This document shows positions 13,612 through 29,085 of a stretch of 64,000 nt of DNA, piece after piece. The stretch is from the human T2T-CHM13v2.0 reference genome, Homo sapiens. Each line of letters opens with the position of its first letter. Within the stretch, counting starts at the first letter, position 1. The position numbers and the translations under genes are program-made. Location: NCBI RefSeq assembly GCF_009914755.1, contig NC_060931.1. One strand, written 5' to 3'. The notes beneath the pieces are model-generated. The model worked only from the letters and a program-made list of their open reading frames with translations. It was not told the DNA's origin and did not search any database.

Positions 13612-16298
13612 TTACTCTGAGAATTACAGGGGAATGGAGCTGGTGGAAATCATATGCATTGCCTGTTCCAACTCATCCCTCCATCCACATTCCATTCTCA
13701 GATGAAGGCACTGAGGCCCACGACGTGAAGTATCTTTGCTCAAGATCACCCAGGGTGTCAGGGCTGGAAGGACACAGAGCTGGCCACCTGGCATAGGGCA
13801 CCTTGGAGGCCAGTCTAGGCTCTTCTGTGGCTTCTAGGGACCCGGCCCCGCTGAGCAGGTGAACCTCAGAGTGTGGCATGGGGCTGGTGGGAGGAGAGGA
13901 AAGTAGTGCCATCGTGTATGTCCCCCAAACTCTACTCACCAGAACCCCATTGAGGAAGTACTTGTGGAGTGCCAGGCTTGGGTTGCCCAAGTGGGGGACA
14001 CAGCCTGAGCCAAGGCACAGGGGATGTAGAGGCCCTGGCATGGTGGAGGAATGGCAAGTCCACAGTTTGACTCTGTGAGGGAAGAGGGCAGGTGGTGAGG
14101 CTCAGCTGGAGGCTTGGCCTCAGCTGTGAAGGATTTGGGCTGAAGAACATGGCAGCCACTGTGAGCCTTGAAGTGGAAGTGATTAAAGGAGCTGGTGCAG
14201 TGGGCAGATTAGATCAGGGCTGCCCTGGCTGGGACAGCCATCAATAGGACAGCGTAGCCTTCCAGTGAAAACTGACACAGGTCTGGATCAGGTGATGGGA
14301 GGTAGAATCCAGGGGAGGACAGATGCAAGAGCACTTGGAAGACAGGTCAGTCGATGGTCAAGGGCAGGGCAGTGAGAGAGAAGGACTCCCAGGCTTCTCA
14401 ACTAGGCAAATGGGCAAATGGTGACATCATGAAGCAAGATGATGGGAGGGACAGGGGACTTCACAGGTGGGGTTCGCTCTCTCCTCCAGATCTGGTTCCT
14501 GCCTTGCAGGGCTTGGAGTGCATTTTCCAAATGTGGTTCCCATGCCACTTCCGTCAGACTCAGAACAACCTGGCCTACTTGTTAAAGATGCAGATTCCTA
14601 AGCCCCATTCAGAATCTCTGTGAATAGCCCTGGGATTTGAAAAACACCTGGTCTTAAACTTGGATGTTGGGGACATTGGAAGAAAAGCAGGTTTTAGACT
14701 GGAAGAAGAGCAGGAAGACAGTGAGTTTGGCTTTAGAGTTGCAGATATCTCATGGGCAGTTAGCTATTAAAAGCTAGAGCTTGGAAAAACCACTGGGTTA
14801 GGGTGGATAGAGATTCAAGATTGTAACTGGAGAAATAATTTGAAATTGCATGCGATTTGTCACTTTTGTCTTTGTGAGTCTGTGACCTTTACACAAAGTC
14901 TGCCCTAGGCAGCCATGTGTCTGGGAAGAGATTAGAACCTGTTAGAGAAGGATTGCCTAGAAAAAGGCCAGGTTGATATTCAACTTTTGACATTCAAAAT
15001 ATGATTATGTGGCAGGACAATGGTCTTCAAGCCAGGATATTATCCTGAGAGAGGAGTCACTGAATTCCTTCAGTTCCCTCTTCCTCAGTTAGCTCATCAA
15101 CAGGAAGGCTCCCCACCCTGTCTTAAGGCTCTGGTGGTGAAAATGTAAACGAAGGTAGCTATGGCGTTAGAAGAAACACTGCTCCCTCCGAGGGAAAAAG
15201 AAGGTGAAGTTAGGGGGTATGGGGTGGGGTCTGGGGGTAAGAATTGTGCTGCCAGGGACAGTTAAGATGTGGCTCCATCATCCAAGGACCTCCCCAGGAC
15301 CAAGCTAGACAGCTGGGGGTTCAAGATCAGAGGCCATAAAGCGCACAGGGAAGGAGTCAGCCAAGAATATCACCCTGGAGAGCAAGGGGCCCTCCCAGAA
15401 GACTAGACCAGTACCCGCAAGGCCAGGGGCCTCTTCTTGCAGAGCTAGGCCATGCCAGCTGCAAGCCAGTGTGCTGTAATTCAAGAGAGACTGAGGCACC
15501 TTCCAGGGCTTTTATAGTTATCCAGCCTGATTAACTTTACTAGCGATAGGCCTTATTTAACAGTTGCACTTATAATCTTGCACATACAAGATGTAGTATG
15601 CGTTACATTTCCAGTTTCATGAAGGAGTCATTCAGTGGTAATAGAAGCATGAGAGTCATTGAACTTAGCTAAAGAATGTGAGTATTATGAGAACACTGGG
15701 CTGCAGGAGCCAGTGATGGGAAGAGCGAAATGCAGAAAGGGGGCTCGGGGGTGAGGGGAGAGCTGGGGAGATGGTCCTGGGAAGCTTGGAAAGAGAAGTT
15801 TAGGAAGACGATGGTGAACAACACAATCTAAAGTTGCAAGAGGAAGGGAGGATGAAGATGAAAAAAGAGCCATTCAATTTGACAAGTAGGATATCAAAAT
15901 GACATTTAAGAAAGCCAGATGACCATAGTGGTTGGAAGGAAATCTGTCAGGTAAACCACTGGTGTTGAGGCGTGAGTGGGAGATGAAATGGAAACAGCTA
16001 GAATGAGTGTTTCCTTTGATGAGTTTGTTACTGGAGTAGGTGAAGAATAATAAATCAGATGACACTTTGAGTGGGTTGCATGATCAGGATTATGGAGGAC
16101 CTGGATATGTCTGTAGGTAGAGAGAAAAGATCCAGCCAATGAGCAAAGATGAAAGATGCTAGGAAAAAGAGGAGGCTTTTGAGTGTGATGGTTGAGTGGG
16201 ACAGCTTGGGAAGAAGTTGAAGAGGGATGATTAAGAGGACAGGTGGTAGGACTGGCCTTGTGCAGAAAAGGACCTCTCTCTCCAAGAAGGAAATTATA

Positions 16299-17323
<1,025 letters not shown>

Positions 17324-17332
17324 TCAAAAATT

Positions 17333-17824
17333 GTGGCAGATTATGTTTTCTAAAACTGGCCATAGCAGTATTTCCAGTCCTGTATGCTTTTCCAGAAACT
17401 TGTTGCTCTCCCATCATAAGGTGGCATCTCTTTTCTTTCCCTTTGAAACTGACAAGATTTTGTGACTCAATGAATGGAAATGGAAATGACACTGCAAAAT
17501 TTCTAAGACTAGGTCATATATGATTAACTGACTTCTACCTGGCTTTCTCGCCGGGGTCTTTTGTCCTTGGAACCCAGCCACCATGTTCTGAGGAAGCCCA
17601 AGCCAAACAGAGGTGTCCTGGCCAACAGAGCCAGCTAAGGCCTCACCAGATGACCAACATCAACTGATGTTGAATGACCCTCATGTGAATCCAGCCCCTG
17701 ACATTGTGGGCCCAGATAAGCCATACTGCTGTAAGCCGTCTGAATTTCTGATCTGTAAAAAATGGTTGTTTCATCCCACTAAGTTTTTGGGTAATCTTTA
17801 TGCAGCTATAGTCACTGAAATACA
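17333..17824 (+). mobile_element. MLT1-family MaLR LTR
   Basis: TGTGGCAG start; ends CCACTAAGTTTT-GGGTAAT...TATGCAGC...AATACA. Confidence 0.75.
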
Positions 17825-18604
17825 TGGAGAGTTTTGTTTTATAACTTTTGCATTTGTTAGCATGAGGATTTTCTCATGTTGCTTTATAGTCATCATAATT
17901 ATTTTACTGGCTACAAAATATTTTGAGTTGATGTAGTATAGCTTATTTAAATATTGTGCTATTCTTGGCTATTTAGACTGTTTCTCGTTTTTCACTATTT
18001 AAGTAATGATATAAAAAGTTATGCATAGAGATTTTTCTCTTTCTTTGAATTGCTTCAGTGGGACAAATTCCCAGAAGTAGAATTACTTTTGGGTATGAAC
18101 ATTTTTGTGGCTTCCCAAACGTACCACCAAATTACTTCTCAAACAAAATTGCATTGATTCTGCCATTAGTTGTTTGGCTATGTTGGTACATAAAACCACC
18201 TCAAATGTGTTTTGAATTAAAGAGGGCATAAGTAAAAAACTGTAGTAAAGAAAACCCTTTACTGTCTTTGCATCAGCATCAGATATCACCATCACTTTTA
18301 ATTTTTTGCTAGTTTAGTCAATGGAAATTGTATTTTTATCATTGTTATTCATTTGTGTATCTTGAGTGAGTACTGAAGTAGAGATTTTTTCATATTTCAG
18401 AAATTGTTTTTACTCCTATCTGAAGCATCTATATATATTCTTTATCCAATAATGTATTTATAAGAGCTCTTGACATCACTGTTTATTTAAAGTATGTCAT
18501 AATTTCATTAGTGGACTATAAAATATATTGTGGCTCATGACTGGTATTAAAGAAAAAAACAGAGTAGAATAAAATGGAAATATCAGAGCATTCTGCATAT
18601 AGTA

Positions 18605-19235
18605 AGATTTTTTGTGTTTTTTAAAAAAATTTGTATATATTTCAGGGGTAAAAGTTCATCTTTTTAAAATGGATATATGGTATAGTGGTGAAGTCTAGGC
18701 TTTTCATGTAGCTATCACCTGAGTAGTGTATATTGTACCCATTAAGTAACTTATCATCCCTTACCCCCTCCCATCCTCCCACCCTGCCATCCTTCCCAGT
18801 TTCCAATGTCTATCACTCCATTCTGTGTCCACGTGTATACATTACTTAGCTTGCACTTGTAAGTGAGGGCATGTGGTATTTGACTGTTTCTGAGTTATTT
18901 TACTTAAGATAATGACCTCTAGTTCCATCTATGTTACTGCAAAGACATTATTTCATTCTTTTTTTATGTCTAAATAGTATTCCCTTGTCTATACGTGCCA
19001 CATTTTCTTTATCCAATCATCCATCGATAGGCACTTAGGTTGATTTCATATCGTTGCTATTGTGAATAGTGCTGCAACAAACATATGGTGTAGGTATTTT
19101 TTTGATATAATGATTTCTTTTCCTTATACCCAGTCGTGGGATTGCTAGATTGAATGTTACTCTATTTTTAGTTGCGAAATCTCTGTACTGTTTTCCATAG
19201 GGGTTGTACTAATTTACATTCCCAACGACAGAGTA
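18605..19235 (-). mobile_element. L1 3' fragment (L1PB/L1MA-like) nested in older repeats
   Basis: Reverse L1 3' sequence, e.g. TTGCTATTGTGAATAGTGCTGC and GTTTTCCATAG...TACTAATTTACATTCCCA. Confidence 0.85.
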
Positions 19236-21029
19236 TAGTACGTTTTTTTGTATGAAACTTTTATTTCAATGTAAGTTTGTATTGGGTTGTGATACCCTCC
19301 TTCTTAGCGGAGATGCAACAAAGATGTTCTTAAAAGATGTGTCTTATAAAGCATATTTATTAACCCCTTTTTATATCGATGTAAACATCTCCCAGCCTGT
19401 AGCTTCCCTTTTTGTATTGAATTATTTTTCTTTTGCACTATTTTAATTTTTCATGTGGTCAGGCCCAACAATCTTTTGTAATTTCTTATTTCAGTTGTAA
19501 ACAGAAATTCATCTTGTTTCTACAGAGGTGATAAATGATCTATCCTATTTTTTGTCAACTCAATTCTAACTGAAGCATTCTCTGGACACTCGGAACTTCT
19601 AAAAATTCACGTTGGCTCAGCAAAATGCAAATGAAGAGCTCTGGTGCAAATGCTATTATGGAGTGGGTAAATTGAGAATGTGTGATAATCACGAGATCAC
19701 ATGTCCCCATTCTCACTTCCAGTTGTCAGTTTATGCTGCCTCAGCAAAACGAGTTCTGGGGCAAATGCTGTATAAGCAAATGTTATAATTATTACCCAAA
19801 GATAGCTACCAAATGATGAAAAATATTGAAGAAGAAGTCAAGTTGAAAACGCCAGAACGCATGGAAGAACTCAGAATAAGACAAGAGAGATGGGTTTGGA
19901 GACAAAACTGTCAGAATAGAGATGAGTAAAAGGATAGTAATAATCGTTCCTGATTATTGTGTATTTGCCCAGCTCATTTACTCCTCACCACCGTTATTTC
20001 CATTTTGCATTTTGCATTCCATTAGCATTATCTCCATTTTACAGATGTGAAAACTGCAGTGCAAAAAGCTATGCGACTTAGTCAAGGTCATCCAGCTTAA
20101 ATAGGTGCCTGGAATTGGAACTGCAAACCCGATTCTTAATCACTGGCCCATGCTGCCTCTGACGTGGGAGCTAGAGGTTGTAGCTAAAAGAAAAAGGCTA
20201 ATATCTGGAGACAGCATCACTTACAACTCAAGAGTTATAAAGGGATATTGCAACTGTTCTATGGAAACTTTCCAGATTTCTCCCCCCCTTCTGGAGAATT
20301 TATTTCAAATACCTGGATCTAGACATCTAGAATAAAAGCAGTTTCTGCCATGTACAGTGCTGGAGATAAGGGCTGATGTTTTGTATTTCAGCTGTGATTT
20401 TCCTGGATTCCAGTCGGATCATGAAATTTCCTAACAAAGACACACGAGAGACAGTGGGTCAGAGCACACAGTTAGCAGCCAGTGTGCTTGGATTTGCTAC
20501 CAGCTCAGCCTCTTTCTAGCTGTGTGATTGGGGCACGTTTTCCTCATTTTTAAAGTGAGGACAATAATAGAACCAACCTCAGAGGGCTGTTGTAAGACAA
20601 TGTCTGTCCATAGCAAGTGATACACTAGTATTCGTTATTTTATTATATGCTATAATTATTTCATTTGAAGCTGATATATTTCATATTAGTTATTTTTTTC
20701 TGGTTGGATTTTAGGAGACAATCTAGTTTTATCAGTAGCATATTTACAGATAGGGTGTTTCTATGTTGATTCTTGTAAATTACATTGGCATTTTCTTATC
20801 TAATTCTTCAGTTTCCAGAATACCTGATATTTGAGAGGGGTGGCCATATGTTCCAGTTTACTCTTGTTATGCTAGTATCACTCTATCTATACTCAAATGT
20901 CCCTGTTTGGAAGAGAAATCCTGTGGTCCTCCTATTTGGAGAAGTGCAACCCTCTTACAGGGGGTCACTGTTACATTATATGGGCTGGGTCAGGAGGTGC
21001 AAAGCTGGCATAAAATCAAGGATAGTGTG

Positions 21030-21487
21030 TTTTCTTTTCATCATTTTTCATGCCAGGATCCCCTTGGCAAGCTGCGGAAGCTTTTGGAGCCCTTCTAAGA
21101 AAAATGTTTTTAAGTACATAAAATTAAACACACAAGATTACCAAGGAATTCTTTAGTTTTGAAAGACTGCTATCACAATATTTTTAAAAACCAAATTTGT
21201 AATATGATAATATATAGGCTTTTTATTAACGACTAAATAACAGGTCTAGTGACAGGTTTAATAACTCTGGTAATTTCAAAGTAGTGATGCACATAGATGA
21301 CATCGTGAGATATTCCTAGTAACAGTAATGGGATATAGCAAGAGCTGTGACTTTCTATTTGTGACAAAGTTACAGGCCCCACTTCTGTTCTCTATATTCA
21401 CGATAGAATGTAATATTTTCCATGTCCATGTTCACAGACCTCTCGGATTCAATCCAGACCTCTTGTGGGTGCCAGTTTAAGAACTGC
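21030..21487. mobile_element. hAT-Charlie DNA transposon (MER119-like)
   Basis: Similarity to the recalled consensus; ends TTAAGAACTGCTG. Confidence 0.6.
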
Positions 21488-21493
21488 TGCATG

Positions 21494-21795
21494 GGCCATG
21501 CACGGTGGCTCACACCTGTAATCCCAGCACTTTGGGAGGCCAAGGCGGGCAGATGGCTTGAGGTCAGGAGTTCAAGACCAGCCTGGCCAACATGGCGAAA
21601 CCCCATCTCTACTAAAAATACAAAAATTAGCCGGGTGTGGTGGCAGGTGCCTATAATCCCAGCTACTCAGAAGGCTGAGGCAAGAGAATCGCTTGAACCT
21701 GGGAAGCGGAGGTGGCAGTGAGCCGATATAGCGCCACTGCACTCCAGGCTGGGCGACAGAGTGAGACTCTATCCCAAAAAATAAATAAATAAGAA
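21494..21795 (+). mobile_element. AluS
   Basis: Full-length; TSD AAGAACTGCTGCA. Confidence 0.95.
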
Positions 21796-22215
21796 AAGAA
21801 CTGCTGCACAAGAGTGAATGTTTGAAGCAAGCAGGAGGGAGGCGAATTGCCCAAAGATCAGGAAGAAAAGAAAGAGGCTGGGATGGTCATAGATCTGCCG
21901 AGGAGCACAAGAAGTGAAGAGGAAAAATGACACGGAAGATGCCAGAATGTGGACTGATGGAAGTAAAAGGGCAGGAATGGTCTGACAGATGTCTCTGTTG
22001 ACAGAGGATACCCCACCCAGAATACAGCCCGTCAGAAACGGGAATGTTCACAGTGGCCCAGAGCGCGGACTTTGAAGCCTGACACACCTAGGCGTGAACC
22101 CCCGCCCTGCTGCGTTTATCAGCACGTATTTTGCACAAGTCATTTAACTGCTGTGTCTTAGTTTGTCTTCTGTTTAGTGGGGATAATAATACATCCCTTA
22201 CAAAATTGCTTTGAG

Positions 22216-22704
22216 CAGCAGTCTCCAACCTTTTTGGCAGCGGGAACTGGTTTTGTGGAAAACAATTTTTCCACAGACCTGGCGGTGGGGAGGTGGTTTC
22301 GGGATATTATTATTACATTTTAATACATAATGAGATAATTATACAACTCACCATAATGTAGAATCAGTGGGAGCCCTGAGCTTGTTTTCCTGCAACTAGA
22401 CGGTCCCATCTGGGAGTGATGGGAGACAGTGATAGGTCATCAGGCGTTAGATTCTCATAAGGAGCGCGCAGCCTAGATCCCTCGCATGCGCAGTTCACAG
22501 TAGGGTTCATGCTCCTATGAGACGCTAATGCCGCTGCTGACCCGACAGGAAGCGGAGCTCAGGCGGTAATGCGAGAGGGGAGTGGCTGTAAAAACAGATG
22601 AAGCTCTGCTCGCTCGCCCATCGCACGCCTCCTGCTGTGCGGCCCCGTTCCTAACAGGCCATGGACTGGTACCGGTCTGTGGCCCCGGGAGTTGGAGACC
22701 CCTG
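22216..22704. mobile_element. MER1A-type hAT DNA transposon inserted in a MIR
   Basis: Terminal inverted repeats CAGCAGTCTCCAAC / GTTGGAGACCCCTG; perfect 8-bp TSD GCTTTGAG. Confidence 0.9.
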
Positions 22705-23434
22705 GCTTTGAGGATTAAATGAGACAGTGTATGTAAAGGGCTTTTTACTGCACCTATTGGATTGTACCACTTCCATCAATAGCTCTGGCAACAGTATCAT
22801 TGTCGTCGCTGTTACTAGGAAGGTCCACTTCCCAGCAGTAAGCAGGGCCTCCCACCAGGGATTACCAAAAATCATTGTTGACCATTTGTGGCCAGAAGGG
22901 GGAAGCATACACCACACTATAAGCTCAGGAGGCTAAGGACGGGGAGTGGCGAGTGTGGATGGGGACTTCCTTTTGCTCACACAGGCTGAACTCGATGACC
23001 GAGGCTTCCTTCGCCCCCTTTGCTTGGCCATGGTGCTCGGAAGCCTACCGGTCCTTGCTGTAGGACCAAGCGCACCCAGACTGCCTAGGCACTGTCAGGG
23101 ATGTTCTGGTGAGGAAGGCAGGCCAGGGACCCGGCAGAGACCAGCTGGTGTATATCCCATTCTAGCCAAGCAGCATTTGAATCACATACATCGAGAGGGC
23201 AGGTGCTGGGGTCAGGGAAGAATTCTACCACACAGTAGTTGGAGCTACGTACTTCCTTCAACTCTTCATGTTATCTAACTTTTCACCTGCTTTCTTTTTG
23301 GTAGGAATATCATCTGCCCTCCACACAGTCCCAGGAACGAACAGGCTTTACACATGCTGTGCCCAACTTAGAAACATCTAACCTAGAATGGCCTGTTCTG
23401 TCCTCCCTCACCCCACCATGAAGAAATTATTGCC

Positions 23435-23658
23435 CAGCCTGGGCCACATTGTGAGACTCTACATTAAGAAAAAAAAAAGCCAGGTATGGTTGTGCACACC
23501 TGTAGTCCCAGCTACTTGGGAAGCTTACTGGGAGGATTGCTTGAGCTGGGGAAGTTGAGGCTGCAGTGAGCCATGATCGCATCACTGCACTCAAGTCTGG
23601 GTGACAGAGCAAGACCCTGTCTCAAAAAAAAAAAAAAAAAAAAAAAGAGGAAGAAGAA
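23435..23658 (+). mobile_element. 5'-truncated AluJ
   Basis: Right arm with poly-A; TSD AAGAAATTATTGCC. Confidence 0.9.
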
Positions 23659-23991
23659 GAAGAAATTATTGCCGTATTTCTCCCTGTACAGAAAATTATG
23701 CAAAGTTTTTCACCTAGAGCTACCCATACACACATAGAAAGAAATCTCCTCTACTTTCGTGGCAGAAAAATAACAAGTTGTAAGGACCAAGATCTTATCG
23801 TACTATCCTTTTGCAACCCTTCTGCAGGGACATCCAAGAAATAAGATGCAACTAAATAGGATGGTAGGAACATCGTACATGAAACATCATATATAAAGCT
23901 GTTTCTAAGGGAAAATGCTACCCTCTTCCAAGAAGCTACCCCATGACTAATTTGCAAATCTGCACCTTGGGGAATAGAACAACTTCATTGA

Positions 23992-24280
<289 letters not shown>

Positions 24281-25644
24281 AAATAATCTCTTTTTATATG
24301 TCCCTTAGCATGTGCCACAACACTAGGCATTTAACTAGGACTCCAAGAATACTTATTGAATGGTACTAAAATCTGGGAAATGGACAGAGAGAGTTCAAGA
24401 GATCCCACTTGGTTTTCCATGGAATGGATTTTAAGTTTTCTTAAAGTTTTTTAAAGAATCAGAACCCTTTTCACAAATGAAATCGTACATACAATTTCAA
24501 CAAAGAAGATAAAAAGGAATTTGCTCTGGTTGAGGCAGTGAGGACAGGGAGAGAGGACACCTACACCACCCCTTCCTTGCCTCCTCAGCCCAGGGAGGAA
24601 ATCCAGGCCTTTTCAGAAACACGGTTTGAACCATACAGCCTCCCACTGGATAACAAAACAATCTGGTCTCTAGTCCAGATTAGGCCACGAGTGGATGGCC
24701 TGGGGTTTTCAAAATCATGTGTTCAGACTAAGAGGTAGGTGACCTACAGAAAAAGAATATTGGATAAAGATCTGCAGAGTTCTAGTCCTGGCTGATCTTG
24801 ACAAAATCACCTGATCCCTCCTGTACAACGAAGGCTGGGACCATATGGCCTCTGAGAGCCCTGGCAAAGTCACAACCTGCTGATTTGCGGTAACTGGGAG
24901 AGAAGGCCACGCAATTCTTAATGCCCAGGTTTAGGCCTGGAAGCATCTGCTGCAGGCCTGAGTGGATCTGTGTAGCGGGAGTATATTAATGGCCTCCCGC
25001 TGCTTTCCTCCCACTGCCTGTTCCTGTCCTTTCTCCATGCTGTACTGTGCCCTGTGGTCAGTACCCCATTCTCTGGTCTCCTTTGACTCTGTGCTGTATT
25101 TCCACCAAAACTTACCTGACTTTTGCCATGGGCCCTAAGCCTGGCTCTCCTTTTCCCTGGGTCCCAGCTCTCTAACAGTTTGGGATACTCATAATTCTCA
25201 TCCAAAACCTGTTGTTTTATCTCTGACTCTCTAATACCACTGAAATTACTCCTGGCTTGCAACTCTGGCAAACACCGTTTATCACTCGAAGCCAAGAATT
25301 GGAGACAAGATGAAAAGATAACTCTGTTGAAAGGACTTCACTTCTTTTGCTCAATGACAGGCAGTTGGGCAATCAAATTTTTCTGTATCTAGAGTTAAGA
25401 TAGCAGCAGAGGTAGTCATAAAAAATAGCTTCAATGTGATTCAGTAGAAAGGTCACAGAGTTTGGAGGCGAAACCGTTGACTAGCTGTGAGACATTTGGC
25501 ATACCAAATGAGTTTTCTTGATTTAGTTTATCATCTATAAATGAAGAGTCATGACACACGAGTCTCACAGGACTGTTGTAAGGATCAGATGAGATAGTTT
25601 ATTCAGCAAACATTTATTTTTTATTAGGAAATAGATCACATGTA

Positions 25645-25939
25645 GGCCAGGTGTGGTGGCTCACGCCTGTAATTCCAGCACTTTGGGAGGCCAAGGCAGG
25701 CAGATCGCTTGAGCTCAGGAGTTTGAGACCAGCCTGGGGAACAGGGGGAGACCCTATCGCTACGAAAAATTAAAAAATTAGCTGGGCATGGTGGCACGTG
25801 CCTATAGTGCCAGCTACTTGGGAGGCTGAGATGGGAGGATCGCTTGAGCACCCAGAGGCGGAGGTTGCAGTGAGCTGAGATCATGCCACTGTACTCCAAC
25901 CTGGGTGACAGTGAGACTTTGTCTTAATTTAAAAAAAAA
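25645..25939 (+). mobile_element. AluJ
   Basis: Full-length Alu with poly-A. Confidence 0.92.
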
Positions 25940-28115
25940 GTAGAAATAAATCATATATGCAGAAGAGTGTACAACATCTCTGTGTATCATTTAAAGAATT
26001 AAAATAAACATACATGTTCTCATAACCCAGGTTAAGAAATAAATAGTACTTTAGGACTCCTTGTATATCCCTCTTCAATATCAAGATTCACTCCAACTCC
26101 CACCCATGAATTTGGAATAAATCCTTCTCTTTATCTTCTTAGTAGTTGTATGACCTGTGATTGTATCCTTAAAAAAATGTTGTTTAGTTTTACCTGCTTG
26201 TAAATTTCATATAAATGGATTCTTACTATATGCCTTTTTTCTGTGACTAGCTTTTTCTTCTGCCTTAGTATTCTCCTTAGTACTTTTGAGATTCATTTAT
26301 GTAGAAGCATAGAGCTGTAGCCTGTACACTGTAAGAACACACTGTGATCCACTCGTGCAGATGCCTTCTACCAGGTAAAGACGTTCTTTCCTATTCCTAC
26401 TTTGCCAAGAGATTTTATCATAACACCATTTTGAATTTTACCAAATGTTGTTCTACTTGAATACATACATATACCTCTAATTCATTCATGTGATGGATTA
26501 CATTCATAATTTTCTAATATTAAATCAACATTGCATTCCTGTGATAAAATCACACAAATCCCTCTTTTATACATCATTGGATGTGGCTAACTTTATTTTG
26601 TTTAGGACTTTTGCAACTATATTCTTTGATGAGATGGGTCTGTAGTTTTCTTGAACTGTCCTCGTCTAATTTTAGTGTCAGAGTTGTGTTGGCTGCATAA
26701 AATGAGTTTGACGGTATTCCCTCTTTTCCTGTTTTCTGGGAGAACTTGAATAGGATTGGTATTGTCTGTACCTAGAATGTGACATACAACACTTCTATAA
26801 AACCATCTTGGTCTGGTATTTTCTTTGAGGAAAAATTTTAACTAGTTTTTCAACTTCTTTAATGGACATAACACTGTAAGTTGCCCTCTGAGTACTGCTT
26901 TGGCTGCATCCCAAAAGTTGTTATGATTCCACATGTGTTTTCTACAGTAGGAGGCAGCCCAGCAGAACTGGTGGATGAACTCCAGAGCCAGACTGCCCAA
27001 GTGGAAATCCCAGCTCCACCATTTTCTAGTTATATGATCTTGGGAAGGTTCTTTATCCTCTGTGGGTCCCAGTTTCTTCATCTGCAAATGGGATAGCAAT
27101 AGAATCAACCTCATAGAGTTGTGAGGTTGGAAAAATATGTAAAACTCTTAAAACTGTGTTTGGGTCTTTAATAGGTAATTAATACTTATTAAATTGCCGT
27201 AGGTAATTAATAAATGCCATATATAGTGTTTGCTGTTATTTTTTCTTCTTTAACCTTTGAATTGATTGTAAATCTATTTCAAAATTTCCAAATTCATGTG
27301 GAGGGCAGTTTCATTACTTTTTGTTATTTTTTTAAATAATTTTATGTAATTGTGGCCAGAGGAATAATATCTATATATGAGTTCATTGAAATTTGTTGAG
27401 GCCAGCACTTTGGCCTAGCATATCACTGATTAACATAAATGTTACATATGTGCTTAGAAACATGTGTTCTCCAAGGAAAAAATTAGTAATTCTGCCATTT
27501 AAATCGGTACCCTTGCTAATAATTTTATCTGCTTCATCTAAAAAAAGGTGCAGGCATTTTTAAAAGCAGGTAAGTAATCTAGGTAGACATATTGGCTATT
27601 GTTTAGAAAGACCACTCTTATAAAGTTTTCTTTTAAGGCATTTTATTTTAGAATAGTTTTAGATTTACAGAAAAATTGTGAAGAGAGATTGCCCATATAT
27701 CCCACATCTACTTTCCAATAATTAACATCTTATATTGCTATGGTACGTTTAGTATAATGAACCAATACTGATGATATTAATTCAAGTCCTTGCTTTATGC
27801 AGACTGCCAGAGTTTTTACCCAATGTCCTTTTTCCATCCCAAGATCCCATCCCCATTACATTGAGGCACCCTGCTTCCACTATTCTTGGATGTGACCGTT
27901 TCTGAAACTTTCCTTGTTTTTGATTACCTTGATGGTTTTGAGAAATACTGTAGAATATCCCTCAACTGCAATTTGATGTTTCTCTCATGATTGGACTAGG
28001 GTTTTGGTTTTTGGAAGGAAGATCATAGAGGTCAAGTGTCATTCTCATAACATCATATCATGACTATATACTATCAACATAACCTATCACTGTTGATGTT
28101 AACCTTGATTACTTG
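25940..28115 (-). mobile_element. Old L1M fragments (L1ME/L1MC-like) with a nested MIR at about 26960-27240
   Basis: T-rich reverse L1 ORF2/3'UTR-like sequence; boundaries approximate. Confidence 0.65.
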
Positions 28116-28122
28116 GCAATAA

Positions 28123-28427
<305 letters not shown>

Positions 28428-28739
28428 GCAATAAAGCTTTATACATGTGTAAGCTACTATAATTTTTATTGTAATGGAATGTCATTGTAATAATATGATG
28501 CAATGCCACAGATTAGTTTCCACAGACCAAGATTCTAGCCCCTTTCAGCCACTAAATTGCAGTGCGAGCTTTGGTTGGTCACTTCATCTTTCTGATCCTC
28601 AGAGTTTTTGTTGTTGTTAATCTGAACATATATTCTTTTGAAGTACCATTTTCATGTTTACAGTTACTTCTGGAATGCCTTCTAAACAATGTGTAGTTTT
28701 CAGGTTGCAAATTTTGGTAGTCACCCTCTGAGATGTCCC

Positions 28740-29085
28740 CAGTGGCTAGGGCTGACCATTGTTACCAATAGGCTATTGTGGAGATGATGCTGTGTGACCT
28801 CTGAGGTTAGATAATGAAAGACATTGTGGCTTCCACTTTGTGATCTCTTCAATCACTCATTTGGAGAGTCAGTCACTATGTCATGAACACTCTGGCAGCT
28901 CTAGGAAAAGGTACACATAAGAAGGAGATGAGCGTCCCTGCCAATACCCAGTACCGACTTGCCAGTGGTTGAGTGAGCCATCTTGGAATCAGAGCCTCCG
29001 GCCCCAGTCAAGCCTTCATATTGAACCACCCAGCTAAGCTTCTCCAAAATTGCTGAACACCAGCAACTGTGTGAAATAAATCCTT
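28740..29085 (+). mobile_element. MLT1-family MaLR LTR fragment
   Basis: GTGACCTCTGAGGTTAG...CCCCAGTCAAGCCTTCA...AACTGTGTGAAATAAA pattern. Confidence 0.65.
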